64,000 bases of DNA, from NCBI GenBank assembly GCA_964367585.1, contig CAYIYH010000003.1, positions 36,134 through 100,133 of the forward strand, in the 5' to 3' direction. The notes below the pieces were generated by a model. The model saw only the letters and a program-made list of their open reading frames with translations. It was not told the DNA's origin and ran no database searches. How positions within the stretch are numbered: position 1 is the stretch's first letter; the number at the start of each line of letters is the position of its first letter. A program made the position numbers and the translations under genes. Positions 1 to 7,926 of the stretch are shown in pieces. The stretch is from an uncultured Oscillospiraceae bacterium. GTDB taxonomy: Bacteria; Bacillota; Clostridia; Peptostreptococcales; Anaerovoracaceae.

Positions 1-339
1 CATCTTACAAGTTCGGCGGATGCCAAGAAAGTCTTCATCGAATAGCCCCATGAATTGTCCCATACTCATGACCCATGTTTTATTGTCTTCCCAAGCGGTA
101 CCAGCCATGAATACATCTTGACGTCGTTGCATATTCTTTAGAGATTTTTTTAACGGTTTCCAAAATGTTTCCGCAACAGCTTCTGCACCAGTCTGATGCA
201 TGAATGGATATACCCCTTCCCACATAAAATCAATAGCCATATATTTTTGTAACACTTTTACCGCATCGTCAGGGGAGCATTTTTCCATTTCTTCGAAATA
301 TGCGCGTACATGATCTCTACTTTCCTGATATTTTCCCAT
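1..339 (-). CDS. SnoaL-like / ester-cyclase (NTF2-fold) protein, N-terminal 113 codons; gene runs off the window start
   Basis: My translation of the minus strand from the ATG at 337-339 (MGKYQESRDHVRAYFEEMEKCSPDDAVKVLQKY...FMGLFDEDFLGIRRT) stays open to position 1. GGAG lies about 9 nt upstream. The sequence resembles the domains of the 6701-7795 protein. It is absent from the ORF track because it is truncated. Confidence 0.5.
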   Translation of the reverse strand, partial: MGKYQESRDHVRAYFEEMEKCSPDDAVKVLQKYMAIDFMWEGVYPFMHQTGAEAVAETFWKPLKKSLKNMQRRQDVFMAGTAWEDNKTWVMSMGQFMGLFDEDFLGIRRTCKM

Positions 340-422
340 ATATAAAATCTCCTAGTATCTGAATTCGATGCCACAATTTTGGGCACCTTCCCCAGACGTT
401 ATTTATTTTTCTTTACAGAAAA

Positions 423-455
423 AAGAAATGGAGAGCATATAATTCTCCATTTCTT
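423..455 (-). terminator. Rho-independent terminator after the SSS symporter gene
   Basis: Stem aagaaatggaga / tctccatttctt with an 8-nt loop; a T-run follows on the minus strand. Confidence 0.6.
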
Positions 456-496
456 AAATTTTTCACGTGCTCATATATTATAGCATGTCTACTTTA

Positions 497-2113
497 TTAT
501 TGTACAGCCCAAAGAATGATAACTTGTACTGCGAATAGTCCTAGCATGATCCAGAAATATTTGTCTAACTTTAATGGTTCCATAGAACAACCACTTTCGT
601 CAGTCACGCCCTTTAATTCTTTACGAGCGCCAAAGAATGTATATTTATATGTACGATCACGTTCATTATCATTTTTAAATACTGTATACCCTAGCACTAA
701 CGCAAACCCAACGCTTATCAAACTTGTAATTACCCAAGTCCATAAGTAGAACCAGTTCATGTTAGAATTCAACCAGAATACAACTGCCGCACTGGCGATA
801 CTACCCCAGAACATCGCTTTATCATTGATTCTAGGGAAATAGAAACAACTGATTGCGATCGCAGTCGACATACCTGCGAATGGTGCAAGTAGATTTCCTG
901 CTACTAATAGGATTGACGAAGAAGTTTCTCCTAGATAGAAGTATACAAATGCTGTAACTACTACACCTACGGCAAGTGACACGTAAATATTTACTCTATT
1001 TGGCGTATTGCTTTTCTTACTGATATAAGGCTCGTAAACGTCCTTCACAAACACTGCTGAGAATGAATTTAATTTAGAGTCAAGCGTAGACATCGCCGCC
1101 GCAAAAATTGCTGCAATTAAGAGTCCACGGAAACCTAGTGGCATATAGTTAAGCATGAAGTCAATCATGATATTATTAGTATTTTCGAAATCAAGCGTAG
1201 CTGGATTTGATTGATAGAAGTGATGTAATACTACTCCCATGAAGTGTGCTGCCCAATAAATAAGTTGAATCGCTATGATTGCAAGGATGTTAGATTTCTT
1301 AATTGTGCGAGCATCTTTTGCAGTGATGTAACGTTGAATTTGTGTTTGGTCAGAAGCGAAATAGTCACCCCATGTATATGCACCCGCTAGTAGCGCACAC
1401 CAGAAAGTTAAGTCAACTAGGTTTATTGAATAATCGAAAGATTGTAACAAACCTGCATCACGACTTGTGTCCATCAGTTGGCTAATAGGCATTCCTAATT
1501 CATCGATACCTACCCATAAACAAACGATTACTCCGACAATCAAGATAATACCTTGAATCATGTCTGACCAAATAACTGCTTTAATACCACCGGCTATAGT
1601 GTAAATAATTGACATTACTACAACGATAGGAATCCAAACATTAAAATCAATTCCCGTCATCGCTTCCATCGCTAGGCAAGGGATATATACAACCGCACCA
1701 ACAGTGAAAATATTACTTAAAATCCAAGTACCACTACAGAATAAACGGGTCAAGGTACCAAAACGCTTGTATTGATATTCATAGATTGTAGTAATCTTGT
1801 GATAGTAGAAAATAGGGTGAATAAAATAGTTTGCGTATATTACACCTAGTGGCACACCGAAGTTGATCATTGCTGCAACAATCCCATCATAATAAGCCCA
1901 ACCAGGACCTCCTATAAATGTGCTTGCACTAATAAAAGTGGCACCTACTGAAAAACCTATCGCATACCATGGCATGTTACGGCTACCTGCAAAATAGTCT
2001 TCACTAGTCTTGTTTCCTCTACCTACATAATAACCTAAACCGAGCATTGCAGCTAGATATGCTACTATTACAATTATATCTATACTAGTCATAAATCTAC
2101 TTAAATGATGCAT
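497..2113 (-). CDS. Sodium:solute symporter (SSS) family transporter
   Basis: 538-aa multi-pass membrane ORF with an SSS-like N-terminus (YFxAGRxMPWxxxGxSxxAT-type block: EDYFAGSRNMPWYAIGFSVGATFISA). The real start is possibly the ATG at 2092 (MTSID...), see the uORF finding. Confidence 0.85.
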   Translation of the reverse strand: MHHLSRFMTSIDIIVIVAYLAAMLGLGYYVGRGNKTSEDYFAGSRNMPWYAIGFSVGATFISASTFIGGPGWAYYDGIVAAMINFGVPLGVIYANYFIHPIFYYHKITTIYEYQYKRFGTLTRLFCSGTWILSNIFTVGAVVYIPCLAMEAMTGIDFNVWIPIVVVMSIIYTIAGGIKAVIWSDMIQGIILIVGVIVCLWVGIDELGMPISQLMDTSRDAGLLQSFDYSINLVDLTFWCALLAGAYTWGDYFASDQTQIQRYITAKDARTIKKSNILAIIAIQLIYWAAHFMGVVLHHFYQSNPATLDFENTNNIMIDFMLNYMPLGFRGLLIAAIFAAAMSTLDSKLNSFSAVFVKDVYEPYISKKSNTPNRVNIYVSLAVGVVVTAFVYFYLGETSSSILLVAGNLLAPFAGMSTAIAISCFYFPRINDKAMFWGSIASAAVVFWLNSNMNWFYLWTWVITSLISVGFALVLGYTVFKNDNERDRTYKYTFFGARKELKGVTDESGCSMEPLKLDKYFWIMLGLFAVQVIILWAVQ

Positions 2114-2688
2114 TAAGCGAGAAACACATCATTTTACTCCTTTCATTTTTGCTTTTTAGATAATTTGAAATTAAATTTCGTTTATAAATTTTTATGTTTA
2201 GTAATACTATATTGGTGAACCCTCCCTTCTTGATACGTAGATTACTTGTCAGTTGCACAAGTCGTATTTTCATATAGCATATAATTTAAGTTCCATTGTT
2301 ATTATTCATTATACAAACTACTAGAAAATAATACCTTATCTATAAAGTCAAAAAAAAAACAAAAAAAGCCAATGTTTGGGGAGGATGATTGAAGAATATA
2401 TTCCAAGTGAAATTCAATAAAACTGCACTATTATGTAAACATAATAGAAGTTGTACAAAATAATAATATTGCATAATTGTATATTGTTAATTTGATATCA
2501 TTTAGTTGGCATTCAAACTACGAAAATTTACACAACTATATACAAATGAATATAAGCACATACGGATAATTAGTACAATAAAGACTTGAAATAGCAAAAA
2601 AAAGACATGCTATTGTACTAAAATTGCCATTTAATTACGGTGATGTTATAATATTTCCATATGAAATCACCTTTTAGGAGACTGTGTT

Positions 2689-3579
2689 ATGGATTTATAT
2701 AGACAACTAATACCATATGATATTCACTATCAATATGTTACAAAAAGCAGACGAGAGATATTTCACAGTTATAAAAAATGGGGTAGCGAACTCGTAATAA
2801 TCTTGAACGGATCCGCGACGTATAGAATAAATAACCATAGGTTTCCAATCATACGTGGAGACATCTTTTTACACACAGGAGATTATACAAAAGAAATATA
2901 CGATGCTAATAAACTGACCATATGCTCAATTTTTTTCCATGATGAGCATATCGAAAGAAGCACCGCACTATTTAGGCACATGCTCGGATATCAAAAGTTT
3001 TTTGTTGAGAATCCCTTGAATGAAAAAGGGGACGAACAATATATATTACATACAGACGAATCTTTTATATCAGAAATCGAACAATTATTATCTGCAATGT
3101 CACTGGAATACCAACACACCGAACTTGGTAGTGAACAAGTGTTAAATTCACTCTTTTTTGTGCTAATTACACTTATTTCCCGCGCATATTCAAAAGATAT
3201 TATGATCAACTCCGAACCGGAGAATTCTATTAGTGAAGTCGTTTCTTATATACGACTCCACTATACTGAAAATATTACGGTAGAACATCTTGCATCCATA
3301 GCATTTCTTTCACCACGCCATTTTAATCGCAAATTTAAAGATATTTTCAAGACCACACCGATACAATACATAAATAAATTAAGATTACAACATGCATGTC
3401 ATTTACTCGAACAAAGCAACCTTACAATTTCTGAGATTGCGATGAAATGCGGATTTAGCGATATTAATTATTTCTCTAAAAATTTCAAACGTCATTATGA
3501 TGATAACCCCAGCAATTATAGGAAGAAGTACATGTCCTCAATCTCTAATCCTAACAATACTGGAATGCGACCAGAGTAA
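2689..3579 (+). CDS. AraC family transcriptional regulator (cupin sensor + C-terminal HTH)
   Basis: 296 aa. The C-terminal AraC signature reads LASIAFLSPRHFNRKFKDIFKTTPIQYINKLRLQHACHLL...IAMKCGFSDINYFSKNFKRHY. The gene is divergent from the symporter. Confidence 0.85.
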   Translation: MDLYRQLIPYDIHYQYVTKSRREIFHSYKKWGSELVIILNGSATYRINNHRFPIIRGDIFLHTGDYTKEIYDANKLTICSIFFHDEHIERSTALFRHMLGYQKFFVENPLNEKGDEQYILHTDESFISEIEQLLSAMSLEYQHTELGSEQVLNSLFFVLITLISRAYSKDIMINSEPENSISEVVSYIRLHYTENITVEHLASIAFLSPRHFNRKFKDIFKTTPIQYINKLRLQHACHLLEQSNLTISEIAMKCGFSDINYFSKNFKRHYDDNPSNYRKKYMSSISNPNNTGMRPE

Positions 3580-3856
3580 ACACATTCCCCATTATTAATC
3601 AACCTCTTCAAAAAAATACATCTATTTTCTGTATATTTCTATTTCCATACATATACATACACTCATGTTCGTACCCAAAAAATTCTCACTTTGTAAAATC
3701 GCACAGCATAAAAACACATATCTATGGCAAAGTACACATTTTTTTCTAAATTTTTTGAATATTACACATATTTTCGCAATTCACATATTCCCATTCCAGA
3801 TGAAATGTGTTATATTAATTGCTTGAATTATATAAAAAGGAGTGGAAAGATTAAAA

Positions 3857-5128
3857 ATGGAAATGAAAGAAAAAGTAGTACTTGCATATTCTGGTGGATT
3901 AGATACTTCGGTAATAATCCCATGGTTAAAAGAAAATTATGATCTTGATGTAATAGCAGTTTGCTGTAATGCGGGACAAAATGAAGATTTCGATAAGATA
4001 GAAAAAAAGGCTATCAAATCAGGTGCATCTAAATGCTATATTGTCGACATAACAAAAGATTTTGTTGAAGATTTCGTTTGGCCGTCGCTAAAAGCGGGGG
4101 CTATATATGAAAAATCATATTTACTCGGGACAGCAATGGCACGTCCACTTATGGCTAAAACTTTGGTAGATATTGCAAAAAAAGAGAAGGCGTACTATAT
4201 TTGCCATGGATGTACAGGTAAAGGAAACGACCAAGTTAGATTCGAGACGACAATTAAAGGACTAGCTCCATCTATTAAAATAATTGCACCTTGGAGAGAA
4301 TGGGAGATTGAATCAAGAGAAGATTGCATAGCGTATGCAAAAAAACACAATGTCGAAATTGAACAAACAGAAGAAGATATATATAGCCGCGATGAAAACA
4401 TCTGGCACATAAGTCATGAAGGTGGTAACTTAGAGAATCCATGGAACGAACATGATGATGATATACATGTTTTAAGTGTTCCAATTGAAAAAGCTCCTGA
4501 TACTCCCGAATATGTCGAAATCGAATTTGAAAAAGGAATTCCTACAGGCCTTGACGGAGAGAAGATGGATAGCGTCACTATATTGCGCAAATTAAATGAA
4601 AAAGGCAGTAAACATGGAATAGGTACCATAGACATCATAGAAAACAGGCTCGTTGGAATGAAGTCGAGAGGTGTATATGAAACGCCAGGGGGAACAATTC
4701 TTTATAATTCACACATCGCTTTAGAACGATTGATTTTGGACAGAGACACTATGCACTATAAAAATATAGTTGCAGACAAATTTTCACAATTGCTATACGA
4801 TGGTCTTTGGTATACACCTCTTAGAGAAGCTATCCTTGCTTTTGTTGACTCTACGCAAGAATTGATAAGTGGTGTAGTCAAAATGAAGCTATACAAAGGA
4901 AATGCTATCGCAGTAGCTATGAAATCCGATAATTCTTTATACAGCGAAGAGTTTGCTACATTTAGTAAGGATGAAGTATATTCTCAAAAAGATGCTGAAG
5001 GATTCATTAATCTTATTTCCCTTCCTCTCAAAATAAGAGCGATACAAAAAGAGATGGATGGCAAAATAGCAAGCGACGATAGTAATTTAGAAAGAAGAGT
5101 TTTAAAGGCAAACGATTTTATTAGATAA
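3857..5128 (+). CDS. argG: Argininosuccinate synthase
   Basis: [17 protein letters not shown]-PPase motif with full-length ArgG-like sequence. AAAGGAG lies upstream. The start is ATG 3857 or 3863; the GTG at 3842 in the track is probably too early. Confidence 0.95.
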   Translation: MEMKEKVVLAYSGGLDTSVIIPWLKENYDLDVIAVCCNAGQNEDFDKIEKKAIKSGASKCYIVDITKDFVEDFVWPSLKAGAIYEKSYLLGTAMARPLMAKTLVDIAKKEKAYYICHGCTGKGNDQVRFETTIKGLAPSIKIIAPWREWEIESREDCIAYAKKHNVEIEQTEEDIYSRDENIWHISHEGGNLENPWNEHDDDIHVLSVPIEKAPDTPEYVEIEFEKGIPTGLDGEKMDSVTILRKLNEKGSKHGIGTIDIIENRLVGMKSRGVYETPGGTILYNSHIALERLILDRDTMHYKNIVADKFSQLLYDGLWYTPLREAILAFVDSTQELISGVVKMKLYKGNAIAVAMKSDNSLYSEEFATFSKDEVYSQKDAEGFINLISLPLKIRAIQKEMDGKIASDDSNLERRVLKANDFIR

Positions 5129-5137
5129 AGGAGCAAC

Positions 5138-6538
5138 ATGGCAAATTTATGGAGCGGCAGATTTGAAAAATCGATGGATGAAATTGTAGAAAAATATAAT
5201 GCATCCATCAGTTTTGATAAACGTCTTTATGAATTCGATATCAAAGGGAGTATAGCACATGTAACTATGCTGGGAGATCAAGGAATCATAACACATGACG
5301 AAAAAAACAAAATAATAGATGCCCTTAAACTTATCTTACAAAAAATAAAAAATGGTGAAATCACATTTACTCTCAAGCAAGAAGATATACACATGGCAAT
5401 TGAGGAAAATCTAATAGACTTGATTGGAGATGTGGGGAAAAAATTACATACCGCAAGAAGTAGAAATGATCAGTCTGTAGTCGATACAAAGATGTATGTT
5501 AGATTTGCAATAGAAGATATGTGTGATAAATTAAAGTTATTGGAATGCGTCTTGCTCGAAAAATCGGAAAAGTACATCGACTCAATCATGAGTGGTTATA
5601 CACACTTGCAACACGCACAGCCGGTAACTATAGGGTTTCATTTGATGGCTTATTTTCAAATGTTTAGACGTGACATTGAACGGTTAGAATCAATGCTAAC
5701 TCGTATGGACTATTGTCCGTTGGGTTCGTGTGCACTAGCGGGAACAACTTTTCCTATCGATCGTCATAAGACTGCCAGCTTACTAGGCTTTTCTGCGCCT
5801 ACAGAGAATGCTATGGATTCGGTAAGCGATCGAGATTACATGCTTGATTTTTTATCTGCTGCATCTATTTCTATGATGCACATAAGTAGAATTTCGGAAG
5901 AAATTGTAATGTGGAATAGCCAAGAATTTTCATATATAACAATAGATGACAGCTTCTGTACAGGCAGTAGTATCATGCCCCAAAAGAAAAATCCGGATAT
6001 TGCAGAGCTTTTGCGAGGTAAAGTAGGTCGAGTTTATGGAGACTTGATGTCATTACTAACAGTGCTTAAGGGTACGCCCTTGGCATTTAATAAGGATTTC
6101 CAAGAAGATAAAGAAAGCGTGTTTGATGCATACGATACGTGGTCAGACTCAACAGTTATTTTAGGTGAAATGCTAGAAAAAAGCGAATTCAAGGTAGACA
6201 ATATGAGAGCAAATCTTCGGAAAGGATTCCTAAATGCTACAGATATCGCAGACAATTTAGTAAGAAATGGTATAGCTTTTAGAGATGCTCATGAAATAGT
6301 AGGCAAGATGGTAAAGTACTGTGAAATAAATGACAAGGACTTCAATGAGCTAACAGAAAATGAATTCCCAGTAATTGACAGCAGAATTACTTTTGATATG
6401 ATGCCCGACTTAACGATGGAGGGGTGTGTTAATGCAAGGATATCATTTGGCGGAACAGCACCGAGTGAAGTAGCCAGACAAGTTAAAGTCGGAAGAGAAT
6501 GGCTAGACACTGTTAAAAAATTAAATTTAATTACTTGA
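5138..6538 (+). CDS. argH: Argininosuccinate lyase
   Basis: 466 aa. N-terminus MANLWSGRFEK and the fumarate-lyase signature GSSIMPQKKNPD. Starts 9 nt after argG. Confidence 0.95.
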   Translation: MANLWSGRFEKSMDEIVEKYNASISFDKRLYEFDIKGSIAHVTMLGDQGIITHDEKNKIIDALKLILQKIKNGEITFTLKQEDIHMAIEENLIDLIGDVGKKLHTARSRNDQSVVDTKMYVRFAIEDMCDKLKLLECVLLEKSEKYIDSIMSGYTHLQHAQPVTIGFHLMAYFQMFRRDIERLESMLTRMDYCPLGSCALAGTTFPIDRHKTASLLGFSAPTENAMDSVSDRDYMLDFLSAASISMMHISRISEEIVMWNSQEFSYITIDDSFCTGSSIMPQKKNPDIAELLRGKVGRVYGDLMSLLTVLKGTPLAFNKDFQEDKESVFDAYDTWSDSTVILGEMLEKSEFKVDNMRANLRKGFLNATDIADNLVRNGIAFRDAHEIVGKMVKYCEINDKDFNELTENEFPVIDSRITFDMMPDLTMEGCVNARISFGGTAPSEVARQVKVGREWLDTVKKLNLIT

Positions 6539-6582
6539 AGCATGCAAAAATAATAATCAGAAAAAAAGTATTTATTAAAAAA

Positions 6583-6613
6583 AGCGGGAGACTAGACTAT
6601 TCTAACTCCCGCT
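6583..6613 (+). terminator. Rho-independent terminator after argH
   Basis: Stem agcgggag / ctcccgct followed by atatctttt. Confidence 0.7.
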
Positions 6614-6644
6614 ATATCTTTTAGTAATTTTATTGCGATACTTT

Positions 6645-6700
6645 ATAACCATGGCACAGACTATCGTGCAAGCACGTTAGAACCTTGGCCTCGATTAAAA
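6645..6700 (+). repeat. Dispersed ~57-bp repeat, copy 1 (ATAACCATGGCAC...TGCAAGCAC...CGATTAAAA)
   Basis: Aligns by eye with 30538-30595, the reverse complement of 40178-40240, and 41803-41860. It abuts the stop codon of the 6701 gene. Confidence 0.75.
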
Positions 6701-7795
6701 TTATTCGCATTCGCAACAACAAGTATCCTCAGTCACATCTACAACTTGTCTCATTACATCGACAGCATCATATATGTCTACTGCCTCAATACATTTTCCA
6801 TCTTTCATAACATACTGTGTTACGCCTAAGATTTGTACCGGTTTGCCAGTAGGAGCACCATACATTCCAAATCCTTCATGGAATCCTCTAATTCTATATC
6901 TTACAGCGACATGATGAGTACCATCATTTTGGTCATTGCATGTAATTCTTTCAATTGTATATTTTGCATTAGGGAATGATGCAAGTAGGTTGATAAGGTT
7001 ACCTTGAATTTCATCATGTCCTACAAGTTTCTCGCCACCTACAGTATGTATCATGCAATTATCTGTGAATAGTTCTTTTGCACGATTAATTAATTTCACA
7101 TTATAAATATCGTTCAATAGCTCTTTGAACATTTCTCCAAGAGAATTGTCTGTTGCTTTGTATGATTCAGGCATTAGCTGTCCCTCCATAGTTTCAGGCA
7201 TTCCCGATATTTTTACTGGAGCCATCGTTTTTGCCATATCTTTTGCGACTTCAAGTGGATCTAATCCTAGCTGCTTAATAACACTTAAATTATCACGAAC
7301 TAGCCATTCCTCATATATTCTATTGTCTTTGATTGCGCAGTCTGCGATTGTGCGGAATACAAGTCTCTTTCCAGTAGCCGGCCCGTATGGAGTTGGTCCA
7401 TAATTTGTAGCCGTTGATAAATTACGATGTGAAGTATAGAATACTCCCGGGCTGTCTTCTGACCAGATTACTTCTTCGCCAATAAGCCTACGATCTGGAT
7501 AACTGTACAGTGTAGACATAGTTCCGGCTACAACACCAGCAATACCAGAACCTGTTCCAGGATTTGTGTGGACATGAACATCATTATGATACGTATCATA
7601 AATAATTCCTATTCCTTTTTCTTCCCAGATTCTATGGGTTATTTTTAAAATATAATCCACAATATCCAAATACTCTGGATCAAAACCAGGTAAATCCTGC
7701 TTTTTTTCCGTATTCTTTAAATAATCGTTGTAGTCTTTGTTCCCAAGAGGGTTCACTGACTCGTTACTACTGTAATACACGGGGATGTTTTTCAT
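6701..7795 (-). CDS. Tandem SnoaL-like/ester-cyclase (NTF2-fold) domain protein with C-terminal CCCECE tail
   Basis: Two SnoaL-like halves (...HRIWEEKGIGIIYDTYHNDV...ATGKRLVFRTIADC... and ...LFTDNCMIHTVGG...APTGKPVQILGVTQY...). I chose the start at ATG 7795 (MKNIPVYY) with AAAAGGAG upstream; the 7852 start in the track is probably too long. Confidence 0.6.
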   Translation of the reverse strand: MKNIPVYYSSNESVNPLGNKDYNDYLKNTEKKQDLPGFDPEYLDIVDYILKITHRIWEEKGIGIIYDTYHNDVHVHTNPGTGSGIAGVVAGTMSTLYSYPDRRLIGEEVIWSEDSPGVFYTSHRNLSTATNYGPTPYGPATGKRLVFRTIADCAIKDNRIYEEWLVRDNLSVIKQLGLDPLEVAKDMAKTMAPVKISGMPETMEGQLMPESYKATDNSLGEMFKELLNDIYNVKLINRAKELFTDNCMIHTVGGEKLVGHDEIQGNLINLLASFPNAKYTIERITCNDQNDGTHHVAVRYRIRGFHEGFGMYGAPTGKPVQILGVTQYVMKDGKCIEAVDIYDAVDVMRQVVDVTEDTCCCECE

Positions 7796-7926
7796 TATGT
7801 TACTCCTTTTTATAATATATACTACCATTACTTCATATTTACTCTTTTTCACATAATAACTTTCTTAAATTATTATAGTAAGAAAGTAAATTGCATCTCA
7901 ATATGTCACTTTTTTCTCTTACAATC

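Noticed and set aside
3740-3835. Possible ArgR (ARG box) operators upstream of argG (TTGAATATTACACATA, TTGAATTATATAAAAA).
   Set aside because: These are only loose AT-rich resemblances to the ARG box in an AT-rich genome, and I cannot support them without a scoring matrix.
3724-3942. 72-aa ORF overlapping the argG upstream region and start.
   Set aside because: It overlaps argG out of frame and has no recognisable similarity. The region is better explained as the argG promoter/leader.
6651-6675. The GGCAC...TGCA string inside the dispersed repeat, as a possible sigma54 promoter.
   Set aside because: The spacing between GG and GC is 3-4 nt too long compared with the strict GG-N10-GC. Orientation also does not correlate with downstream genes, unlike the two genuine promoters at 28984 and 61004.
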